A DNA stretch of 63,222 nt, counting the filler, from Chiloscyllium plagiosum (taxonomy: Eukaryota): assembly GCF_004010195.1 (NCBI RefSeq). It is 4 parts of one record of this genome, joined end to end, with 100 filler letters (N's around TTAATTAATTAA, not from the genome) between each part and the next. Parts side by side here need not be neighbours in the genome. Positions count along the whole stretch, not along the records: positions 50,968 to 56,270 come from NC_057717.1; positions 56,371 to 63,222 come from NC_057717.1; 2 more parts are not named here. The stretch is one strand, 5' to 3'. Below the pieces are notes generated by a model. That model was not told where the DNA came from. It saw nothing but the letters and a program-made list of their open reading frames with translations, and ran no database searches. Position numbers and translations under genes: made by a program. This document shows positions 52,568 to 63,222 of the stretch, in pieces. Each line of letters begins with the position of its first letter. Position 1 is the first letter of the stretch.

Positions 52568-53210
52568 TTACAATTGACCAGAAACATAACTGGAATCACA
52601 ACGTAAAGACACTGGCTACAAGAGCAATTCAGATACTAGGGATACTGCGGCGAGTAACTCACCTCCCGACATCCCAAAGTCTATCCACCATCTACAAGAC
52701 ACAAGACAGGAGTGTGATGGAATACTCCCCAATTGCCTGGATCCATGCAACTCCAAAAACACTCAAGAGGCTTGCCACTATCCTACACAAAGCAAACCAA
52801 TTGATTGGCACCACATCTACAAACATGCAATCTCTTCACTACTGGCGCTCAGTAGCAGTTACTATCTACAAGATGCATTGCAGTAAACCACTAAAGATCC
52901 TTCGAATGCACCTCCCAATCCCACGACCACTTCCATCTCGAAGGGCAAGGGCAGCAGGTACGTGAGGGCAACACTACTTGTAAATTCCCTCCAAGGAATT
53001 CAACACCTTGAATTGGAAATATATCGCCCTCCTTCACAGTCGTTGGGACAAAATTCTGGAATTCCCTAGCAACTGGCATTGTGGGTCAAACGACAGCAAG
53101 TAGACGATAGAGATTCAAGACGACAGACCACCACCAACTTCTCAAGATCGAATACATAAGGCGATCAATGCTGGCCAGACGGCGACGCCCAGGTCCTACA
53201 AATGAATAAT
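52568..53210 (+). mobile_element. LINE 3' end (second CR1/L2-group family)
   Basis: LGILRRVTHL...STIYKTQDRSVMEYSPIAW; tail aatgctggccagacggcgacgcccaggtcc...atgaat. Confidence 0.85.
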
Positions 53211-54649
53211 AATAATGCATTGACCATTGGCACGTGAGATTGCCGACGTCTCATGAATTTTTGACAACGTTTTTATTGTCATATTGCTCTTCCACGTAGT
53301 CCTTAATGATTGGAGAACTTCATTCAGAAACATCAGTGTGCCTGTGCTTCTTTCACTACTTATGCAATTTAGACTTAAACATTATTTCTGGATATTTACA
53401 TTGACTCAATGAGCCAGAGGCCAGTCTTCGCGCTCTCTCCCTCTCTGCCGATTACAGGCATCAGTTAGAAGACTATGAGACATATTCCACTCGACAATGG
53501 GTGTCGGGTAATAGGCTAGTCATATAGCTAGGGTGAAAGGGTGACTTATTGCTTTCTCTGACAACTGCAGATGTCTGTAAGTAATATGGGCTCAAGTGGA
53601 AGTTCGTGGACAGGTTATGGATTGTGGCAGACGAAGTGGGTTTGGGTTTTCAATCTCAACTGAGAATATTAAATTAAAAAAAGACTCCTTACCTTTGGCG
53701 CCGATATGGTCTATGGGCACTTCAGCATTCCAATATCCGTCGTTGTAATCCTGCCAGCTACGCCAATTTTTCGATTCATAAGAAATAAGGAAAGAGCGTG
53801 TGATCTTTTCAGATATCCGGCTTTATTTATTCCAATATATCAACTACAGGCCCACAAGTTTAGACCCTTTCAGCAACAGCTTTAATTATGCTCTTCATGT
53901 ATATTTTACGTGATCCTCGCCAAAACTGCATAACAACGGTCAGTGCTTTCTGTTAGTCTACTTAATCGCAAGCATTTCTTCACATTGTAACTATAAGATC
54001 TAGGTAGTAGTCTGTTTGTCACGCATGTGTCTGAGTCGGCTTTAAACCGATTATCAACCGCATTGGCAAAAGTGACTCTTGTTATGCTGAAGTTTAATCA
54101 CACAATTTTCAAAATATCCACAGATGGAGTGAAACAAAAATTATGTTTTCCTTTGTTGGAGGACACATCTCTAGATTTTCCGAGAGGTTCTTTATACTCG
54201 TGTAATTGCAATAAAATTATTGATGCTGGAAATTAACTTCTGCGTGTTAAATAAATCGTTTGGTCATTACATCGCAACACTTCTGTGTAGACGAGTTAGA
54301 CGAAAGGGTCAGCTTCATTTCTGCATAATTATGAATCTTTGATTGAACTCTAACTGAGTTAACAAAGAAGGGACCCTGCACTAGATAAGTTAACACTGCC
54401 TTTTAAATAAACATACCACAGACTTTGACCAACGATTTCTTTTGTTGTTTCAGATTTTCAGAACAAGCAGTTCTGTGATTCATGTATTCTCTTTTCTAAA
54501 TGGCATCACCCCTTCTCTCATAACACCCCACTCCCTGTAGTAGACTCCAACAAGAGCATAATGTCTTTGTCTATAATTGTCTGTCCCTCCCTTTCAGTAA
54601 TGTACAGGTGTCAATGTGCTCCACTCTGACACAGAGGAAGGGAATGAAT

Positions 54650-54841
54650 TGTGAATGAGTGAAAAGCCTTCACACAATGCCCTCCACTCCCTCACACCCT
54701 GAGCTGGAACTGGGGCCGGGAAATGTGGGCGAAGTGCAGATCCCTCGGGATCTACACTTCGCCCACATTTCCCGGCCCCAGTTCCAGCTCAGGGTGTGAG
54801 GGAGTGGAGGGCATTGTGTGAAGGCTTTTCCCTCATTCACA
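54650..54841. repeat. Near-perfect palindrome/hairpin (95-bp arms, 2-nt loop, 2 mismatches)
   Basis: tgtgaatgag...cagatccc TC gggatcta...ctcattcaca. Confidence 0.97.
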
Positions 54842-55735
54842 GCAACAGCCCTGTGAATCTATCCCCACTCTCTTTTCCTCGTAACAACCTGTGAACCCAT
54901 CATCAAACTGTTCGATTAGCATTGGCCATTAAATCCAATGCCTGCTTTGATCCTCCAGCAACATCCTGTGACCCCATCACTACACAATGTCCAGAAAAAT
55001 TTCCGGTGAATGCTCGTAGATTCTGTTCTCTTGTCAACGATCTGTGAAGTTGAAAAATGTGTTGCTGGAAGAGCGCAGCAGGTCAGGCAGCATCCAAGGA
55101 GCAGGAGAATCGACGTTTCGGGCATAAGCCCTTCTGCCTAACCCTATCGCTTATGCCCGAAACGTCAATTCTCCTGCTACTTGGATGCTGCCTGACCTGC
55201 TGCGCTTTTCCAGCAACACATTTTTCAAATCTGATCTCCAGCATCTGCAGTCTCCACTTTCTCCTAATGATGTGTGAACACAGACACACTCTGTTCTCGT
55301 AGTAATGGACTGGAAACCCATCCCCACTCTATTCTCATAGCAACAGTCTATGATTCTATCATCAGCCAGTCCTAGCAACGGCCTGTAAAACCATCCCCAT
55401 TCTGTTTGCATAGCAACGGCCTATAGTGTCATTCTTACTCTTTTTACCTTGCAACAGTCTGTGAACAATTCTCCATCCTGTGTCGCTGGTAATGACATGT
55501 CAACTGATCCCCACTCGGTTCTCCTAGGAACGGCCTGTGATCCTATCCTCACTCTTTTCTGAGCAACAGCTTATGGACTCATTCACAATTCATTAACTGC
55601 GAAAGTGTCTGTGAACCCATACCAATTCTGTATTCCTGACAACAGCTTGTGAATTCATGCCACACTGTTCTCCTTAGACTAGACTCTGAAAACCTTTCCC
55701 ACTGCTTCCCGAGGAATGATCTGTGAACCCGTCCA
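54842..55735. repeat. Degenerate ~38-bp minisatellite
   Basis: Recurrent unit of approximately actctgttctcctagcaacggcctgtgaacccatcccc. Confidence 0.8.
55049..55265. mobile_element. Inverted (foldback) pair of family-1 PLE terminal repeats
   Basis: ~80-bp arms 55050-55129 / 55149-55228; possible imperfect TSD aacgatctgtgaa / aatgatgtgtgaa. Confidence 0.85.
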
Positions 55736-55739
55736 CATA

Positions 55740-56018
55740 GGGTTAGCATGGTGGCACAGTCGTTAGCACTGCTGCCTCACAGCGCCAGTGACCTGGGTTA
55801 AATTCCCGCCTCAGGCGACTTACTGTGTGGAGTGTGCACATTCTCCCTGTGTCTGCGTTGGTTTCCTTCGCGTGCTCCGGTTTCCTCCCACACTCCAAAA
55901 AAGTGCAGGTTAGGTGAATTGGCCATGCTAAATTTCACATAGTGTTAGGTGAAGGGGTAAATATAGGGGGAATGGGTCTGGGTAGGTTGCAGTTCGGTGG
56001 GTCGGTGTGGACCTGCTG
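55740..56018 (+). mobile_element. HE1-like V-SINE, interrupted at its tail by a PLE end
   Basis: A box TGGCACAGTCG, B-box-like GGTTAAATTCC, V-domain. Confidence 0.9.
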
Positions 56019-56270
56019 GTAAAAACAATAACTGCAGATGCTGGAAACCAGATTCTAGATCAGTGGTGCTGGAAGAGCACAGCAATTCAGGCACCATCCA
56101 ACGAGCAGCAAAATCGACGTTTCGGGCAAAAGCCCTTCATCAGGAATAAAGGCAGAGAGCCTGAAGCGTGGAGAGATAAGCTAGGGGAGGGTGGAGGTTG
56201 GGAGAAAGTAGCATAGAGCACAATAGGTGAGTGGGGGAGGAGATGAAGGTGATAGGTCAGGGAGGAGAGG
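56019..56270 (-). mobile_element. PLE 3' end with hammerhead motif (56112-56147)
   Basis: rc ATTC CTGATGA A GGGC TTTT GCCC GAAAC GTC GATT; 56215-56267 matches 15478-15530, just downstream of the GIY-YIG ORF. Confidence 0.88.
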
Positions 56271-56629
56271 NNNNNNNNNNNNNNNNNNNNNNNNNNNNNN
56301 NNNNNNNNNNNNNNTTAATTAATTAANNNNNNNNNNNNNNNNNNNNNNNNNNNNNNNNNNNNNNNNNNNNAGTTACGGAACAAATGTCCTTAAATTGTGG
56401 AACAGGCACAAAGTGTCCAACAACCTTCTCCTGTTCCTATGGTCTTGTGTTCCATGTTGGAATGGCATGGTGACCATGCAGCCAATTACAAATTCCTTAC
56501 AACAGATAATTGTTTAATTAAATTATATGGAGTCACTGATTGTAACATAATGAATTCGTATTGCTAAAAAATTGTAGGAACATACCTGAAATGTTATGCT
56601 GTCCATGTATAAGGAAGGTTGCATTTGCT

Positions 56630-56851
56630 AGGGGAGAAAGTGAGGATTGGAGATGCTGGAGATCAGAGTTGAAACTGTGTTGCTGGAAAAGCGCAGTAGG
56701 TCAGGCAGCATCCAAGGAGCAGGAGAATCGACGTTTCGGGCATGAGCCCTTCTTCTTTCCTGAAGAAGGGCTCATGCCCGAAACGTCGATTATCCTGCTC
56801 CTTAGATTTTGCCAGACCTGCTGCGCTTTTCCAGCAACGCATTTTCAGCTC
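56630..56851. mobile_element. Foldback pair of family-1 PLE terminal repeats with 14-bp TSD
   Basis: aggttgcatttgct at 56616-56629 and 56852-56865; intact + strand core CTGAAGA (56760) ... GAAACGTC (56787). Confidence 0.9.
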
Positions 56852-57589
56852 AGGTTGCATTTGCTGTCCACTTTGGTTGCCATCACATCCACAACGTTCA
56901 CTGCCTCCAACATCAACTTTCAATAGAGGCAGTGTATCCAACAAGATACATCGTAGATATTTACCACAGTTTATTTGATAGCACCTTCCAATCCATGACC
57001 ATCTGCAACGTCAAGGGCTACAAATCCATGGAAATACCACCCCCTGCAAGTTACACATAAAAGCAATGACTATCCTGACATGGAAATACATCTCTATTCC
57101 ATTGGTTTCACTTGATGAATATCCTGGCTTTTTTTTCCCTCACTTTATTGTGGGTGTCCCTGCACCAAACAGACTGCAAATGCTCAGATAGGCAGCGCAC
57201 CACCACCTTGTCCAGAACAACATTATATGGGTAATAAATGATAGCCCAGCCAGCAATGTCTGATCCCAATCACTGAATCATACACTAATGTTTAACAGCT
57301 TGCAATCGGTTTCACTTTCGGAATAAATTTGGTCTATATTCTTGAGTTTCAGGAATTGGATCCGTGATTTGTTTGAAATATAAAAGATTTTGAATTGCAA
57401 GGGCTTGATTGGGCAGTGCTGTGGGTCAGGAAGTCCAAAACACGATAACAGACTCTCGGCATAACGGGCAATTTATTTGGGTCTGAGAGGATGTGAAATT
57501 ATTTCAATCAAAGGGTATAAGAGTGTTTAGTATTCATCATCTTAAGAAATGTGGACACACTGTGAATGAAAACAGTGAAAATTTCACAC

Positions 57590-58130
57590 AGATATAGAGG
57601 AGCTCAGGGTTAGAGCAGGTTACAGAAATAGGGAGGTATAGGTGTTGGAGAATGTTACAGATATAAGGAAGCTGTAACAGGACAGAGAGACTGCCTGGAT
57701 AGTGATCGGTTTATGGGTTGGATGTTAGAGAAGGCTCCAGGTGCTGGAAGAGTTTACAACAATAGGGAGAACTGGAGGAGCTTGAGGTGTTTATTGCGAT
57801 AGGGAGGTATGTAATTTCGAGAGTGGGTTCCAGTCCTGTGGAGCGATGTACGTGCTGGAGGAATCCTCAGTGACAGGAAGAGGTGAAGATGCTGGCGATC
57901 AGTTGGAGTGGAGGGGTGGAAAAGTTACAGAGATAGGGAGGTATGTAGTGACTGGAGGAGATTACAGAGGTAGGGAGCGTTGTTAGGGCTGGACGAGATT
58001 CCAGAGACAGGGGGAGTTGTAGGGGGCTGTAGGATGTTACAGAGATTGGGAAATGTGTAGGGTCTCGCCTAGGTTACAGAGATTGGGAGGTCCGTAGGGT
58101 TGGTAGGAGCGTACCGAGATAGGCAGGTGT
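57590..58130. repeat. Degenerate ~37-bp purine-rich minisatellite (second array 61890-62239)
   Basis: Recurrent ggctggaggaggttacagagatagggagg-like units. Confidence 0.8.
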
Positions 58131-59560
58131 GTTTTTGATAGAGTGACATTTTTGCCATCAGAGATGTGGTTGAAGGAAATCAGAATTGACAAATTAATAT
58201 TCTGTAATACAGGAACTATAGGCTGGACATGACTTGGTTTTACTAATTAAGGAGTCAATTACTGTAGCAAAGAGGGACGATATTGTGGCAGGATGTCCAA
58301 TTGAGGCTCCCTGGATATAGACTGGAATAAAAGGATGACAGATACATTGCTACGGTCATATTAAGACGCCCAGTTAGAAGAAAGTACAGGAGCTATTGTG
58401 TAACAAATCACTGTGGTGTATAAAACAATAAGAGGGTAATTCTATTTATGCTTTTCAATATCCAACATTTATTGGAGTAGTCATGCACTTTTAAGAGGCG
58501 ACAAATATGTTAAAATTTATGGTTGAGAGCTTCTCATGTCAACATGTAGAAGATACTACAAGGGATAATGCATTGCTGGGCCTTATTGTGGAGAATCTTT
58601 AATAGAACGAATCCAGTCATATGTTTAAGGCAGGATTGGGAGAGACGGTGAGGACCAATGACCATAACATCATTTATTTTAAGTTCCTTAAGGAAAAGGC
58701 ACAAAAAAGTCTTCAAAATATAATGTTTTTGGATTGGGGAGACAGAGTTTTTTTAGAAAACAAGATCTGGTCAAAGTCGTCTAGGGACATTTACTTCTGG
58801 GTAAAGCTGTCGTCGAATAGCGTGCAGGAGAGAGGGGTGTCCATGCTCAAAATGGAATTGATGAGAGTATGGGCCCAATATCTTACAATCTAAGATCAAG
58901 TTTGGGAAAACAAGCCCAGAGACACTCCGACGTCTACAAATATTCAGAGCGGAATAACAAAGTAAAGAGTGGCTTAAAGCAGCTATAAAGTGAGCAGATC
59001 AATGGAATACCTATAAGAATGTAAAAAGTGTAGCGTTGAAGGTAAGGAAATCAGTAGAAGAGAATAAAGGAGATGTGATAAAACATTAGCGGGTAAGCTT
59101 AGTAAGAAGCCCAAGATATTCTATCCACATATTGGGGGAAGAGGATAACAAGGGAAAAAATGGGGAATATGAGGTATCAAGGAGGCAGCCTGTGCACACA
59201 GCCAAAAAATACGTGAAACAGGTATTTCATATCCGTCTTCACTTGAGCGAAGGAGTTCCTGGATTCAGGGAAAGTGACTGTGTGACCCTTTAACAGATTG
59301 AAAGCAACCGGAGGAAGAACTGGAAGTTTTGGCAGAGTAAAGACTGGACAAATCTCCAGATCTGTGAGCTAGATCTTAAGTCAATATGAAAGGAGAGGGA
59401 CAAAATAACAGGGTCTGAGCTTTATTTATTTATTGTGCTTTTGAACAGAGTGGAGGTGCGATGGAGAGGTCGGCATCTAATTTTGTTTCAACAAACTGCG
59501 CTAGAAATAAACAACGGAAGTAAAGACTACCAAGTCTCATATCAGTGAGTGAAACAATTG
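58130..59560 (+). mobile_element. Highly degenerate CR1 ORF2
   Basis: Remnants of ETW, TNDHNIIYF, KKPKIFY and KSP motifs. Confidence 0.65.
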
Positions 59561-59899
59561 CAGAAGATTTTGAAAATATCTTCAAGGCTGAAAGATATAC
59601 TTTTATTTAATCAGCGAATCATAGGTGACGGGAAAAATGCAGGAAAGTGGACTTGAGAACTATCAGAATAAACATCACTGAACTGAAAAGCAGAACATAC
59701 TCGGAGAGCTGCTGGGCATATTGCTATCCCTATGCCTTATGATATCCAGTCTGCTACTATTCCTGTGTTTGTGAGAACAACAACCTCTCTCCCATTGGAG
59801 TGAGACACAGTTCAGCATACAACTGAATTTATAAATGGTACACGGATAGCCAGAAATTAGTTAGAAGCAGGAATCTAATCAGTATTCTGTAACTACAAT

Positions 59900-60400
59900 G
59901 AAAATAATTTTCATTCCTTGGAACACCGGGGAACAGAGGCCAAGTTTATCATGGACACCTTTGATAGCATTTCCCTTGGTAGAAGCCTATTGAACCTTCC
60001 TTTTCCACTCTCAATGGCAATACAATATTTACTGAGAGAAAGAACCAAAACTGCAGAGTCCTCCGGGTGCAGTCTGATCAAGCTCCAATTCAACTGAAGC
60101 AAGACAATCCCCTTGTGCTTACATCCTCTGACAATAAAGGTTCTCATTCCACTGTCTTTCCAAATAGCCTGCTGCACCTGTAAGTTAGACATCAGCAGCG
60201 TATAGACAAGGATACTTTGGGTTTTATTTATATCTGTACTTTTCAACGTTTCACAATTTATGAAATATAATGTCTATTAATTTCTCCAATGAAGTGGATA
60301 ACTTCACGTTTCTGCATCATATGTCATTTGCAATGACATTGCCCATGTGGAGGCCCGTTCAATTTTCATAAATATTTACATCTTCCTCACATCACACATT
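59900..60400 (-). mobile_element. Degenerate CR1 ORF2 C-terminus
   Basis: QVQQAIWK...LLQLNWSLIRLHPE. Confidence 0.7.
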
Positions 60401-62739
60401 CCCACACAAAAAATTAACTGTAAATTCTTCACTCTGTTTTCTGTCTTTTCATGAATACTTAATCCATCCGAGTACATTCATAATTATGGCTTTGCTCGAG
60501 TGAAGGAGGCCCATAGTGTTCTCACTGGCCCTTCAAATGAGCATCATTACCTCCACCGAATTTTCCACTTTTACTATGCAACCTCCTTGACGCATGCCAA
60601 ACACAATCTACATCTTTTATTTCTTACTTTGAAAAGGTGAAGAACTGCCTTTGTTGAAGAAACTATTCGCAACAGAAGCAAAGGCAATAAGTGAAGGACA
60701 TTACCCATAATTCAAATTGTCCCTCAACAGCCTTCCGTCGTCAACACTGAGTTGACACGTTTCAGGTGATCCACTCAACACCCATCTTGCTACCTGTTTT
60801 GGTTGGTACTGTTTCGTTCTTTGTTTCCACCTGAGATAGAAGCCATTTTGTGAAGGAAGGGTTATGACAGATTTGGGCCAAAGACAGGTAAAATGAGTTA
60901 TGTAATAAATCAGTTATAATTTCCTTAAATTATGGAACAGGCGCAAAGCGCTCAACAACCACATCCTGTCCTGATCGGACTGTGTTCCACATGGCAATGG
61001 CACGGCGACCATGCCGCCAATTACAAACTCATTTCAGCAGATAATTGTTCAATTAAATTACTTGGAGTCACTGATGGGAACAAATTGAAGTCGTATTGCC
61101 AAAACGTAGCTAAGACCATATCAAGAACAGTTATGCTGCCCCTGGGTCAGAAAGGGGACATGTGTAGTCCAGCTCGAATGCCACAAAATCCACAACATTC
61201 ACAATTCCACTATCAACCCTCAATGGAGGCAGTGTGTTCCAGCTACAAGGTACATTGCAGACATTTATCAATGTCCGTTCGACAGCATCTTTCAAGCCTT
61301 GATCAACTGAACTATCAAGGGCAACGGATCTACGGAAACACTAACCCTGCAAGTTGCACATAAAGTCAATGACCATCCTGACTGGGAAATATATCTCAGT
61401 CTCGCCGGTGTTACTTGATGAATATCCTGCCTTTCATTCCCTAACATTATTGCGGGTGAGCCTGCTGCATGGGCAGCATGGACATGGGCAGAACAACAGT
61501 GTATGGGCAATAAATGATGGCCCACCCAGCAATGTCTGATTCCTATCAATGAATAATACACAAATATTTCACTGTTTGGCATCTGAGTTTCCCTTGCTGC
61601 ATTTGTGAATAGATTTAATCGATATTCTTGAGTCTCAGGAAATGGAGAAGTGATTTATTTGAGGTGCAAAAGCTCCTGAGTGGAAAGAGCTTGATACGGC
61701 TGATGCTGAGAAATTATTTCTGAGGGTCTGGGAATCCAAAACATGATGACAGGATCTCAGGATAAGGGGCAACTTCTCTGGGACTAAGATGATGTGAAAT
61801 TATATCCCTCCATGGGTCTCTGAGTATTTAGTATTCGCCATCACAAAGATTGTGGATGCACTGTCAATGAATACAGTGAAACGTTCACAGTGATATGGAG
61901 GAGCTTCGGGTTAGATGAGGTTACTCTGATATGGAGGTATAAGTTCAGGAGGGTGTTACAGATGTGCGGAAGCTGCAATAGAACAGATAGATTACCGAGA
62001 TACAGACGGGTGTATGTGCTAGAAGACATTACAAAATTAGAGAAGGCTGTAGGAGCTGTAAGTGTTTCCAAAGGCAGGGATGAATGGAGGAGCTTATGAA
62101 GTTTATAGTGAGAGAGTAGTATGTAATTGTTAGAGTGGGTCCGGAGATATGGAATTATATACGTGATGAAGGAAACCACAGTGATAGGAAGGACTGAAGA
62201 TACTGCAGGAGATTACAGCGATCAGTAGGGGTGGAGGGCNNNNNNNNNNNNNNNNNNNNNNNNNNNNNNNNNNNNNNNNNNNNNNNNNNNNNNNNNNNNN
62301 NNNNNNNNNNNNNNNNNNNNNNNNNNNNNNNNNNNNNNNNNNNNNNNNNNNNNNNNNNNNNNNNNNNNNNNNNNNNNNNNNNNNNNNNNNNNNNNNNNNN
62401 NNNNNNNNNNNNNNNNNNNNNNNNNNNNNNNNNNNNNNNNNNNNNNNNNNNNNNNNNNNNNNNNNNNNNNNNNNNNNNNNNNNNNNNNNNNNNNNNNNNN
62501 NNNNNNNNNNNNNNNNNNNNNNNNNNNNNNNNNNNNNNNNNNNNNNNNNNNNNNNNNNNNNNNNNNNNNNNNNNNNNNNNNNNNNNNNNNNNNNNNNNNN
62601 NNNNNNNNNNNNNNNNNNNNNNNNNNNNNNNNNNNNNNNNNNNNNNNNNNNNNNNNNNNNNNNNNNNNNNNNNNNNNNNNNNNNNNNNNNNNNNNNNNNN
62701 NNNNNNNNNNNNNNNNNNNNNNNNNNNNNNNNNNNNNNN

Positions 62740-63222
62740 TGGAAGGCTGGTTCAAGAGGGAAGAGCCCATTGGATCCAAGGCAAGTTGGAAAATTGGATT
62801 GAAAATTGGTGAACGGTTTTGTTTGTTACTGAAAGCATTTCACCAGCGGGTGTGCCGTAGAGATCTGTTCAGGAGCCACTTCTAATTATTATGTATATTG
62901 ATGATTTGGATGTGAAAGCAGAAGGTATCTTTTATCGGTGGTCGATGGCATGAAAGATTAAGTTGCTGTACACAGTGAGGGAGATGGTCTCAGGCTACAG
63001 CCTGATATCAATGAAATGATTCACTGAGCAACCTAATGACAGATGGAGTTTATTTCTAATCATTGTGAGGTAATAGCCTGTGGGAGGTATGAATAGCAAA
63101 GGACCAACATAATGAACGATAGATCTTTGATGAGTAAAAAGGAACAAAGAGACCTCAGGGGAAATGTCCATAGATTCCTGAACGTGCCAGCACAGGTAGA
63201 CATGGTGAGGAAGACACTTGAA
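62740..63222 (+). mobile_element. Degenerate CR1 RT fragment
   Basis: HWIQGKLENWIENW, IMYIDDLD and LQPDI remnants. Confidence 0.8.

Noticed and set aside
55131..55148. cctaaccct as telomeric repeat capture by a PLE
   Set aside because: Only 9 nt, which is expected by chance.
54842..55735. CRISPR-like repeat array
   Set aside because: Degenerate contiguous tandem units with no unique spacers, in a eukaryotic context with no cas genes.

Overview
This is eukaryotic, repeat-dominated DNA. The HE1/V-SINE-like SINEs and CR1 families point to a cartilaginous fish (shark); this is an inference. I found no intact host protein-coding gene. The long ORFs are fragments of CR1 LINEs (SGNH-esterase ORF1, APE endonuclease, RT) or of one degenerate Penelope-like element (PLE; DKG-type RT + GIY-YIG, 15478-17475, minus). 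The most interesting signal is a set of short PLE-terminal-repeat derivatives carrying minimal type I hammerhead ribozyme motifs (CTGANGA-stem II-GAAA-NUH) from at least three sequence families. Two of them are discrete insertions with exact 14-bp target-site duplications, and one has its empty site visible in a paralogous copy. At larger scale there is an ~11 kb duplication in inverted orientation (25503-36942 vs ~39598-50817) that carries a CpG-rich promoter with splice donors on both strands. There is also an older direct duplication with a ~4.5 kb offset, and a 192-bp near-perfect hairpin next to a 38-bp minisatellite with RFX X-box-like motifs. Five gaps of exactly 500 N and three N44-TTAATTAATTAA-N44 linkers show a heavily scaffolded draft, so order and orientation across gaps are uncertain. 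Repeat boundaries and identities were read by eye and are approximate.
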